A stretch of DNA of 64,000 nucleotides from Octopus bimaculoides (Eukaryota), in NCBI RefSeq assembly GCF_001194135.2, contig NC_068981.1, forward strand, positions 90,486,052 through 90,550,051. The letters are read 5' to 3'. Positions within the stretch are counted from its first letter, which is position 1, and the number at the start of each line of letters is the position of its first letter. The translations under genes and the position numbers were made by a program. Under the pieces are notes generated by a model. That model searched no databases, had not been told where the DNA came from, and saw only the letters and a program-made list of their open reading frames with translations. Below are positions 1 to 12,732 of the stretch, piece after piece.

Positions 1-48
<48 letters not shown>
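1..48. repeat. (AC)n microsatellite, representative of dozens in the window: (TA)n 1978-2020 and 55388-55460, (TTA)n 17647-17724, (CAT/CAC)n 7625-7845, (GA)n 36329-36400
   Basis: Read directly from the sequence. Confidence 0.98.
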
Positions 49-53
<5 letters not shown>

Positions 54-409
54 ATCATACCCTCTCTCTTATTATAGGAGTCTTATTAAAGCCCTTTAAT
101 CTTGCAAGTTGCAAGGCAAACACACAAGTAATGGTGCCATAGAAAAAAAGCACTCAGTACACTCTGTAAAATGGGTGGCAAGCTGACACTACGAAGAGAG
201 TCAAGCTGTAGAAACCATGCTTAAACAGAAATTGGAGCATCACATGGCCCTCCAACACATTAGACTTTTTTGAACAATCCAACACATACAAACATGGAGA
301 GGGACATTAGACGATGATACCCACACACACAAATGTGTGCACCCCCCACACCATGTTCTAAAGCACCTACATTTATTTGATAACCAGCTCTTATTTTCTT
401 AATGGACAT

Positions 410-800
410 AGGTGAGTGTGGCTGTGTAGTAATAAGTTTGCTTCCCAACCACATGGTCCTGGGTTCAGTCCAACTTTGACACCTTAGGCAAGGTTCTTCT
501 ACAATAGCCTTTGATCAACCAAAACCTTGTAATTGGATTTGGTAGATGGAAACTGAAAGAAACCCATCAAAAATATATGTATGTATCTGTGTGTGTGTGT
601 GTGTGTGTGTATTTGTCCACCACTGTTTCACCATCAGTGTTAGTGTGTTTACATCCCTGTAACTTAGCAGTTCACCAAAATAAATTGATAGAATGAGTAA
701 CAGCCTTCAAAAAATAAATACTGGTATCGATATGGTCAACAAAACCTTTCAAGGTGGTGCTCCAGATGGCCACAGTCTAGTGACAAAAACAAATAAAAAT
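410..800 (+). mobile_element. tRNA-derived SINE family A (degenerate copy)
   Basis: tggctgtgtagtaa...ggttcagtcc head, internal (TG)n, tail like the copies at 6961 and 13977. Confidence 0.8.
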
Positions 801-936
801 AATAGATAAAAGACACCACACTTTCTTTCCATGAAACTGTCTGTTCTAATAATATTATGATATCATGTATTCATTTAACAATTAAACAATGATATATATA
901 TAATAAATAATAAAATATATAATTTTATTTTGACAG

Positions 937-1058
937 GATGCTACTGAAACAGAAATTGCATAAAATCAGTACCAGAGATGAACGTATCAACATTATTGTA
1001 AGATGTCAGTCCCTAAAAAATGTTGTTTTGGGATATTTCTTATATCCGGATTCAATTG
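937..1058 (+). CDS. TXNDC16: TXNDC16 exon (MLLKQKLHKISTRDERINIIVRCQSLKNVVLGYFLYPDSI)
   Basis: ttttgacag acceptor, G|gtcagt donor; resembles LLFNEVKYITTLGELQNI...NIAFAY. Confidence 0.75.
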
Positions 1059-1975
1059 GTCAGTTAATTCTCTTGTTTTTATTGCTTAGTTTATTCATTT
1101 CTTTTGTATTCTTAATGTTGCTTGAAACCACTTAGTAGAAGATTCTTACCCAGGGATTCACATAGTGGGACTGAACCTGAAACCACATGACTAAGAAACA
1201 AACTTCTTATCAATGCTGCTGCTAAAAATATAATATAGCTTCATACTCATAAACAGTGTCCCATTGTTTTTATTAAGGAAAGGACATACATTATATAATA
1301 TAGTCCTAGGAGTAAGGAGTTAAAAAGACATGAATGACCATAGAATTGCACCTAGAAAGTTACCTTCTGAGGCACAAGTCTGAGCAAGGTTCTTTATGGG
1401 AGACCAGCAGTCACCCATGCATACCATCTGCCCCTCTCCACACCACTGATGTTGTCCGAGGGGAAAGCAAAGGCTGATTACAGCTTAGCACCTGTGACAT
1501 CACTGAATGAACTGGAACAATGTGAAATAAAGTGTTTTGTTCAAGAATATGACATAGCTCAATCCAGGAATTGAACTCACAACCTCATGGCTGTAAGCTT
1601 GATACTCTAACCACTGAGCCATTGCATCTTCATGAAGACACAATATAGCCCTACATAACTCTAAAAAGATGAGATTGTCACAGTTGGAATGCCTTGGTAG
1701 AGGTTCAGTAGAGGATCAGCAACTGCTTCATTTTTCTGGTTTCCATGGTAATTCGAAAAGGTATTTCATGGTAATTCAAACAGACTAAAATTTCATAAAT
1801 AAAATAGTGATCATGATTATTATCATCTCTCTTTCATAGAACAAAGAACATTTTTGGAAGCTGCATATCAAAATAATGGTACAGAAGAATTTATCTTGAC
1901 AAACAATATACAAGTAGTCAGTGATCTGAAGTAAGTATAGGGCTATCATAGAAGTTGATATATTTTCAATTATTG

Positions 1976-2020
<45 letters not shown>

Positions 2021-2505
2021 NNNNNNNNNNNNNNNNNNNNNNNNNNNNNNNNNNNNNNNNNNNNNNNNNNNNNNNNNNNNNNNNNNNNNNNNNNNNNNNN
2101 NNNNNNNNNNNNNNNNNNNNNNNNNNNNNNNNNNNNNNNNNNNNNNNNNNNNNNNNNNNNNNNNNNNNNNNNNNNNNNNNNNNNNNNNNNNNNNNNNNNN
2201 NNNNNNNNNNNNNNNNNNNNNNNNNNNNNNNNNNNNNNNNNNNNNNNNNNNNNNNNNNNNNNNNNNNNNNNNNNNNNNNNNNNNNNNNNAACTGGAATAT
2301 CATACCGATGAGGTAATGAAGAGTTTTTCCTTCTAAACCAGAAACATGTATATGATTAACTATGACTAGTTTAGTTCGTTATTTTTCTTCTTGTTTTGCC
2401 TATGTGAGTTGCAGGTAATTGCCATCTGCTGGAGTCTCAGCAATTTAGCTGCTATTTCTGAACTTCAGTATGTGGTGAAGCAACCTGTTGCTGATCCCTT
2501 AATTT

Positions 2506-2541
<36 letters not shown>

Positions 2542-4489
2542 TTACACATCTTTGCCAGTGCCCCTGAACTGGCTCCCATGCAGGTGGCATGTAAAAGACA
2601 CCATTTCGAGCGTGGCCCTTGCCAGTACCTCCTGACTGCCCTTTGTGCCGTTGGCATGTAAAAGCACCCACTACACTCTCTGAGTGGTTGGCGTTAGGAA
2701 GGGCATCCAGCTGTAGAAACTCTGCCAAATCAGATTGGAGCCTGGTGTAGCCATCTGGTTTCACCAGTTCTCAGTCAAATCGTCCATGGAAAGCGGACGT
2801 TAAACGATGACGACGATATACATACATATATATTTGTATGTATATATTGTCTTTGTAGAAGAGGCATGAAACAATGTTTTAATTGGCTCTAAAGTACACA
2901 CTGAGTAAAACAAATTTGAGGCACTGCATTAAAATCATATATTCATAGAAAATTCAATGTAATAAAATTGCATAAAATTCATTTTTTATTTCTATATTAT
3001 CTATTTATTATTATTATTATTATTTTTTTTTTTCAGGGAGTCATCTACTCAAAATAAAAGTAGACTTGTTTGGCTACTTCATTGTAAAACTTACAGCTTG
3101 AGGTCAGGATTGAAAATCAAAGGAGTTTGCTTTACTGAAATATTTCAACAAAATATTGATGTTCCTTCCATCTTAAAAGCAATCCAAAAGATGAACATTG
3201 CTGATAATGTAATAACATTTAGTTTCTTATAAGATTGTTTATGCTATGTGTATGTATTTGTGAGTGTGTATATGTGTGTGTGTTGTTGAACAACACATGG
3301 AAAAGCAATTCCATTAGTTTTCCCACAAAATTCATAGTGTACAAGACCCTGGTGGCTTTGATCCTTCTGTATGCGTGTGAGGGATGGACTCTTACAGCTG
3401 ACATGGAGCAAAAAAATCCAGACATTTGAGCACAAGTGTTTCAGAAGGCTGCTACACATCTTGTACACAGAGCACAAAATGAACAACTTTGTCAGGCTTG
3501 AACCTAGAAAGTTACCCTCAGAGGGTAACTTTCTAGGTTCAATCCCATGGTCATTCATGACTGAAGCAGGTTTTTATTACCTTAATATATATTACTTCTC
3601 TCTCTCTCTCTCTCTATCTCTTGTTACTCGTCCTTCACCTCTCACCGTTACTACTACTACTATCTCTCTCTCTCTCTCTACCTCTCGTTGCTCACTTTTA
3701 TTCTACTTCCTCCCTTCCTTTTCCCTCTGCTACTCTTTCTCTTCACACAGCCTTGGTCACGTGTGTGCGGCTGCTATTTCTTTTCGTTCTTGGAATCACC
3801 AAGCTCGCACNNNNNNNNNNNNNNNNNNNNNNNNNNNNNNNNNNNNNNNNNNNNNNNNNNNNNNNNNNNNNNNNNNNNNNNNNNNNNNNNNNNNNNNNNN
3901 NNNNNNNNNNNNNNNNNNNNNNNNNNNNNNNNNNNTTAATGGTGGCAGCTGATGAAGGGGATGTTTCTATGTGGCCTGCTTGTTTGTTGCACCTTGTTTA
4001 CCATTTTTGTCCTTGTTCTTTTGCCACGTCATGTACCCAGTTATGTATCTATATGTACATGTGGATGAACGTATATACATACATGTACATATATATGCAT
4101 ATACTCATATATTGTTTGTATATATATATATATATATATATCTATATATATATATATATATACACACATATGTATATATATATATAAAAATCCCAATTGG
4201 TAGAGATGTCATATAAATTGCTTTGCAGCATTTGTTCTGATTCTTTGTGCTTTAAGATTAAATCTTGCTGAGGCCAACCTTGCCTTTAATTCTTTTGGTC
4301 TCAATGAATAAAATACTAGCCCTGTACTGAGGTCAATGCTGTACTTTCTTGAACTCTTTCTGTCTATCTTTCCTTCTAGAATAAATCAATTGTAGTCAGT
4401 CCTGGAGAGGGATGGGCTCTGACATCCCAAGACAAGCTGTATGTTATGATGACACCCACTACAATGCCATTAAGGAGTTGTGGTATGGC

Positions 4490-4527
<38 letters not shown>

Positions 4528-7500
4528 CATTATTTTTTATAATTTTGCTTTTGTATATCTGTTTATTTTCTTTATAAATACTTTCAGGCAATTGAGACTA
4601 AGTCAACAGAACATAAGGATTCTTCTCAAAGTGTAATGTCCTCACATGCTGATCGAAAATGTATGTAGCTCATTTATTTGTTTTCAAATGTGTTTTTGAT
4701 ACTAATGTGCTCAGAATAGTTTTCCACTTCAAGTAGTCTCTTATCATTATTGCAAGATTCTCTATAAACAGCTTCAAATATCATATTACATCCTACCAGC
4801 TTTAAAAACGAAGGACATGTTAGATACTATAGTCCTACATACAACTAAGAGATAGACAGTCCCTGGTTTGAATGTCTTTATCATAAGCCTGCTTGCTCAA
4901 GGTTGGCCTCAGGTTTAACATCAACAATAACAAATGTGTTGAGAATTAGAATGACACAAACTTGATCCTTGAGTGTGAAATTGTTTTAAATGATAGTATA
5001 TTTATGTGATTGTTATTATTGTCACCGGTTTTATGTTGAAGCTAGCCAGATCTGACTTCTCACACCTACCTTACAATGTCATTTTAGAAATAAACAGTCA
5101 CATCATCGCTGTCTCAAAGCAAAGAGATAATGCATGATTAAATCAAAACAGGGTCAACAACTAAGCATTACATTTGACAGAATAAGTTGAATGCTAATGG
5201 GCAATTCCTAGGCCATCTCTTATTGAGCAGATCTATAATCAAAGGCATTCCAGTTATGACCATCCTACCTTTCTTCAGATATAGTGTATTTAGTATGGCT
5301 GCAGCCAATATATACATTTCTGAGTGAGCAGGGTTGGATATGAGGGAAATGTTGTTGCTCTTTCTAGCAGAAAATGTAAAATCAATATAAATACAATGGA
5401 TTCCATCTTGCCCACACTCATCATGGTTCTCATCAAAGACTACAGGCATACCAAAATGAACTGGTTAAGAGAGGAAAATGCAATATTCCCATAATGTCAC
5501 ACTGCACTTTACACAATAACCTGTTGTAAATTAGAGTGCAATGTACACAGTTCCACTATACAAAAGCATACTATATACCCACATAGTACGTATGGGTCAC
5601 ACTTAAATGAAGTTGTACATTACCCAGAGAACAATGTACAATTTTTAGTTACACAGAAGCATAGTGCTTAGCTGTCACTAGCAAGATTTTAATTTAGATT
5701 ACTTTAAAGCAGTAAATTTGTGTCATAGAACCAGTCTCATGTAGGTTGGTATTAAAAGGCTTAACCCTTTCAATACCAAACCGGCTGAAACCGCCTCTGG
5801 CTCTGTAGTACAAATGTTTTGTTTTCATAAGTTTTGGATTAAAATCTTCCACCAAACTTTAGTCACGATTTATGTTCTTACCCCTAACTTAATGATATCT
5901 AAGTTATTTTACTAAATTCTTTGTTATATTTAAAATTAATTGAAAGAAACACAGAGCATCTCAAAATAAATACGGTATCAAAAGGCTTAACCTGCCATCT
6001 CCATTGAATAGTAAAAGAATAAGATAAGTTGCAATAGTGAAAAACAACAGCAATAAAAGTTTTTATAATTCCTTAGATTAGACAATGGCCCAGTGGTTAG
6101 GGCAGCGAACTCATCGTCGGAGGATCGTGGTTTTGATTCCTAGACCGGGCATTGTGAGTGTTTATTGAGCGAAAACACCTAAAATTCCACGAGGCTCTGG
6201 CAGGGGGTGGTGGCGACCCCTGTTGTACTCTTTCACCTCAACTTTCTCTCACTCTTTCTTCCTGTTTCTTGAGTAATGCTGCGATGGACTGGCGTCCCGT
6301 CCAGCTAGGGAGGGAACACATACGCCATAGAAACAGGGAAACCGGGCCCATTTAAAAGGGTGCATAAATAAATAAAAAAGACAAAAGAAAGGAGTATTTT
6401 TCAAGCAGGAACATGATATAACACTGCTGATATGATATAAACCATGAATAATCCCATCTTATGGTTAATGAGAGGTAATGTATCTAATTTATGAGCAAAA
6501 ATAAATGAATAGAATATTAATCTAGTGAACACAGTTGAAGCAATATTAAATAAAGATAGCCATTTATATACACTGTTGATAGTCAGTTACTGCAGTATTC
6601 ATCCTCTCTCTCTTTCTCTCTCTTTCTGTATGTGTGTGTGTGTGCATGTGTGACTTTGTGTTTGTGCTTGTCCCCCATCATTGCTTGACATTGCTTGTCT
6701 CTGTCCTCATAACTTAGCAGTTTCACCTCAGAGACCAACAGAATAAGTACCAGGCTTTAAAAAATGTATTGCTTAGATCAATTAATTTCTCTGAAACCCT
6801 TCAAGGCAGTGCTCCAGCATGGCTGCAGTCCAATGACTGAAACAAGCAAAATATAAAAAAAATAAAGGATGTGTAGCGGTTGAGTAGAGATCATCTGAAG
6901 GTGCTAGATAGCAGTAGCTTGAGACATAACAGTTGCAATAGTGAAAAACAACAGCAATAAAGGAGTGGCTGTGTGGTAAGTAGCTTGCTTACCAACCACA
7001 TGGTCCTGGGTTCAGTCCCACTGCGTGACACCTTGAGCAAGTGTCTTCTACTATAGCCTCCTCGGGCCGACCAAAGCCTTGTGAGTGGATTTTGTAGACG
7101 GAAACTGAAAGAAGCCCGTCATATATATGTATATATATATGTGTGTGTGTGTGTGTGTATATGTTTGTGTGTCTGTTTGTCTCCCCAACATCGCTTGACA
7201 ACCGATGGTGGTGGTGTTTACGTCCCCGTAACTTAGCGGTTCGGCAAAAGAGACCAATAGAATAAGTACTGGGATTACAAAGAATAAGTCCTGGGGTCGA
7301 TTTGCTCGACTAAAGGCAGTGCTCTAGCATGGCCGCAGTCAAATGACTGAAACAAGTAAAAGAGAGAGAGAGTATCAGTGTAATCCATTAACTCTTTTAA
7401 TCAACACAATGGCTTCGATTGTTTTCATATCATTCTGTTATTTCTTCTTTGCCTTCAGATACTGTTGATCACGATGAAGTAAGAGAAGTTGTCTTTGGCT

Positions 7501-10500
7501 CCAGATATTATCACAGTAAACCATTTAAGATTACTTCACTCACTGAAGAAACCCTGCCTGAGATTGAAAATTCTTCAACGTATACATTGATAGTTTTTCT
7601 CTTCAAATGTAAATATACATATATATCATCATCATCATCATCCTCCTCATCATCATCATTATCGTCATCTTCATCTTCACCCCACCCCCATCACCACCAC
7701 CACCATCATCATTGTCGTCATTGCTGCTGTTGCCATCATCCTTGTTGTCATGACGATCATCATCATAACCACCACCACTGCTGCTGCCGCCGGTGACACC
7801 GTCACCACCACCACCATTATCATCATCATAACCATCATCATCATTATTTAATGTCTGTTTTCTATGCTGGCATGGGTTGGATGATTTAACAGATTCAAAC
7901 AACCTGGAATGTTAAAAATTCATCATTCATCACATTTAGATTAAGAAAGATATTAATAAATTTATATGTAAACATACATACACACACACACTCTCTCTCC
8001 CCCCCTCTCTCTCTCTCTCTCAACCCTTGTGTTTGGCTGGTACTTATATTATAAACCCCAAAATTATGAAATGCCAAGTCGACCTCAGTGGGATTTTAAC
8101 TCAGAACATAAGAATGCACGAAATACTGCTCTGCATGCTAAGGATTCTGCCAGCTTGTTACTGTAAATAATATTGTAAAAGTTGATAGTTGTAATAGAGA
8201 CATTAGTCTCTCTCTATCACCTTTCAACATAATTATATATTAAGGAACAGTAGAACAATTTAATAACATAATAAAAAAAGGTTTTATTTTTTTGATGATG
8301 CTTGGTTTTATAAATCCTGTGTCACTCAGCTTAGAAGCTGCTGGTTAAGTTGTAATTTGGTATTGGAAGGTTAAGGGCTTCCTTGATGCTTGCCAGAGGA
8401 GCAAATGGCTATCATATCGATAGCATCGTGGTGAAGAGTGCTTCGTTGAGGAGCGAGGTGTTGTCACGTCGAAGGTTTTTTGCTCAACTGCCTAAGAAAG
8501 TGAAACTCACTCTTTAAGTACAAGTTTTACTACGCATGCGCACTCGAGGGGCTTCCGGTGGTGAAGTCCCTTGCACATGCGCAGAATAGTACTTCCTCAA
8601 TGGCGGCTATAATTTCGCGCCACTACAATATATAAATAGCGATCCAGTCTTCTTCATCCAGTGACATAAGTTTGTGTGGTTGATTTGATAGGGTAACAGA
8701 CAACCTGTTGAGATTTCAGCTGTTCATTTCTTATCATTGGTTCTTTATTTTGTTTATAGCCAAGCTATAACTAGAGATTACTCAGTGATGTTGTTCATTG
8801 CTGCAGTCAGATAGCAGACCTTTTGTTACCAGCATAAACAAGTATATTATCCACCAACAAACATTCATAACTAGAATACTGTTTTAGTTACACAAGAGCA
8901 AAATCTTTACTCAACATTGCTTGTCATCTAAGAAACAAATAGATATTTATAAATGCTTTGGGAAAATATTGATTTGAATTAGAAAGCTACAATCAATCAG
9001 TAAATTAGTAATCAATAAATTAGCATTTCATAACTGATAACCTGTACTTTATTGTATCCATGGCTAAGACATGGATGAGACCTTGTTCACCTGTGAGTGC
9101 AGTTGTCACATACAGAAGTAGTTTGCCATTGTAACCAAAAATGCTGTGTGCAACTCCAACTGTACATGTAACACATAACTGAAAAATGGATGAACAGGTT
9201 TGCTCAAGATATGTTTCATCTTCCATGTATGCATACTGTAATTCAATATAATATATGGAACTCAACAATCTCATATAAATCTTATTTATATTTTGACAGA
9301 TGAGCCAGTTGGTATAGCATTTGTACGTCTTCTGGAGCAATGGCAGTCTCAGTTTGGTGAAAACTACCCCACTCTTTCTTGTGCCATGGTCAACTGCTTA
9401 CACTGGAATGAGGAATGCAATCGATACAACATTACGCACAGTCCAACAATCAAACTGCTTGGAAAACCGCCTGGAAAAGATGGTCAAGACTTGATAATTG
9501 ATTATACTGGAGTTCTAAATGCCAAAAGTGCCATGAAATTTTTATACCTGTAATTTTGTTGTTTTATATCTATTTTTTTCATTTTTTTTTTTCATGTTAA
9601 ACTTAATGTATTTATATTTCTCAAAATGTAAACATTTTTCATGGTGCTAGATCAAGTGATTGTATAAAGGGAGGCAATTTCTAATCCCATGCACTCGGTT
9701 GTGCAGTAGGGATGAAACATATCAGACAGATAGATAAGAAGGGTTGTGTACCTTGCCCAAGAAGAGTTATGTACCTTGATACATCCAATGGCTGAATCTA
9801 ATTTTATCAAAATATTGTCTTTATGATTAGTAAGCTTTAGTATTTTAGTGTCATGTATTTAAGTTTATAATCATTGTACTTTGTTTTAATAAATATGATA
9901 CCCCTCCACAAACTACATTTCTTTTCCTCCAGGACAGGAGACCTTATCTATACTATTTATTTCCTCTACCAAAGTACTCCCAACAATTATTTTCTCTTCT
10001 CAATTGCAAATTACTGTCTGCACCATCTATTTATTTCTTTTTAGACTTACTCAGACTTCTAATCATATAACTTCAGCTTCTAGTGAAAGACAAATATCAT
10101 ATAGTTAACCAATGGTTTGTTGCAGGATTAAGGTTAAGGATAATATTTCACTTAGTGTGCCAGGATCTGCAACAAGTGAGCCATTTCCTTTAAACAAATT
10201 GCCCTATTTTGTAATGCAGTGAAATTGTTTCTTTTATTTTATTTTTTTTTTTTATCATAAATCATGGTTAGGAAATAATAATGATAAAGGCAATAGCACT
10301 CCATTTATAGTGATAGAGGAAAAGAAAAGAGAATATAATGGATGAACTGTTAGTTTCTGTCAAGCCGTCCAACCCATGCCAGCATGGAAAACAGACATTA
10401 AATGTTGATGATGATAATGATTGATGATGATATATATATATATGAACATGTACATATTTGCCTTTTTTTGTGTATAGAAATTGCACAAGCTTTCAACTAT

Positions 10501-12695
10501 TAACGAAACTTGCTACTTCTAAAAAAACTTTGGAAAGATAACTGAAGCTGAGAAATCCAAAAAAGTCTTGTACACATATACATATAAATACACACACATA
10601 TACACACACTGCTGAAATCCAATTTTTAAAATATATACATATCCACTTATTTAAATTTCAGTCATTCTGTGGAAGATGTAATCCAAGCAACTAAAGATGA
10701 CGTCAATAATATTTTAAATGGATCATTTCAAAGTGCAATCAACCTAACATCCATGTGTATCCTTGGATTGTTTCCTGAACAAAGCACTGGTAAGATGTGA
10801 TAAAATTTTTCTTTTTAATAATTACATCATCATCATCATCATTGTTGTTTAACGTCCGCTTTCCATGCTAGCATGGGTTGGACGATTTCACTGAGGATTG
10901 GCGAACCAGATGGCTGCACCAGGCTCCAATCTGATCTGGCAGAGTTTCCACAGCTGGATGCCTTTCCTAACGCCAACCACTCCGAGAGTGTAGTGAGTGC
11001 TTTTACGTGCCACTGGCACGAGGGCCAATCAGGCGGTACTGGCAACGGCCATGCTCAAAATGGTATTTTTTACATGCCACCTGCACAGGAGCCAGCCCAG
11101 CGGCACTGGCAATGACTTCACTCAAATATTTTTCACATGCCAGTAAAACGACGCTGGTAATGATCACGCTCAAATGATGCTACTTACGTGCCCCCGGCAC
11201 AGAAACCAGACAGCTGCTCTGGCAATAATCACGCTCAGAGAATATGAATTTTATAAAACAACATGAATTCTATGAATGGATACCATATTTTCTAGCATAC
11301 AAGTTGAATTCTTCAGATTAAAATTTACAGCTAAAAAAGTAATGTAGACATACACGTCAAATTCCATATGAAATGCAGCAGGAATTGGAAAGATAATGAC
11401 AATGTTTGAATGTTTACACTACATGTTTACACTATATACTACACTGACTTGTATACCAGAAAATTCAATATAAATTTATCATAGTTCCAAAATAATTTGG
11501 AAGTTATAATTCTTGACAACCAAAGGATTTTCCTTCCAACTTAATTGGGTTTCATTTGGCTTAAAATGTTTTAGCAGAGACATACAACATGAAATTGAGA
11601 ACCTACTAAAGCCAATGGGAGACAGGGATTCCTGATGTAGTATTATAAAATGCATCTTGGTTGTCATCACTTGAGGAAGAAGAAGAAATAACCACACAGT
11701 CTACCATTTATTACCAATAAAGATAGCAACTCACTAGACTTCTTATATGGTTTCCTTATTCTAGCTCCTAAACAGTTATTGCAGCCAACTCCATCACTAC
11801 TTAGGTAACCTTGATAACATAATCTATATCAAACAAGCCACCTGAGCAATAGATTTCATTTTATGGCACTTGTGCCAGTGGCATGTGAAAAGACATTCGA
11901 GTGAGTTCGTTGCCAGTGCCGCTGGACTGGCTCCTGTGCAGGTGGCATGTAAAATACACCATTTCAAGCGTGGCCGTTGCCAGTACCTCCTGAATGGCCT
12001 TCGTGCCGGTGGCACGTAAAAGCACCCACTACACTCTCAGAGTGGTTGGCGTTGGGAAGGGCATCCAGCTGTAGAAACTCTGCCAAATCATATTGGAGCC
12101 TGGTGTAGCCATCTGGTTCACCAGTCCTCAGTTAAATCGTCCAACCCATGCTAGCATGGAAAGCGGACGTTAAACGATGATGATGATGAATATCCTTGAT
12201 GCTAATTACTTTTGTACATTTAGCACATTTTGAAGTCTTTGTTCTCAGTCTTCTATTGGCTGGATATAAGTACTGTATTGACTTGTTACTTCATGGCAAA
12301 TAGATTTCGTGATCTCTGTTAGTACTTTCACAGTTTCTTTATTAACCATTAGGTATTTGAGTTTTGACCACTTTTCAACATGTGGATGTTGTCCACATCT
12401 TTGCCAGGTTCTGTAAATAGAGCCAAGTTTACAGCATACAAAGTCATTTATTCCTGGAATCAATAAACTTACATGTTATAAACTTCTCTTAAATCATCAT
12501 CATTATAAATATTGTTTTAATATCTAATATTCCATGATTGCATGGGTCATACAGAATTTATTTGGCAGTTTTTCTGTGGCTGGATGCATATGAATGTGTG
12601 CGTGTGTGTGTGTGCGTATGTGTGTGCGTGTGTGTGTGCGTGAATGTGTGCATGCTTGCTTGCATGCATGTATGTGTGCATGCATGCATGCGTGT

Positions 12696-12732
<37 letters not shown>

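Noticed and set aside
4380-4482. Possible TXNDC16 exon (SDIPRQAV... or NKSIVVSPGEGW...)
   Set aside because: Splice phases do not fit the flanking exons without a stop; similarity is too weak.
5168-5449. 93-aa - strand ORF and candidate + strand exons
   Set aside because: Overlaps an interspersed repeat also seen near 28310-28480 and 53100-53230; no TXNDC16 similarity with compatible phases.
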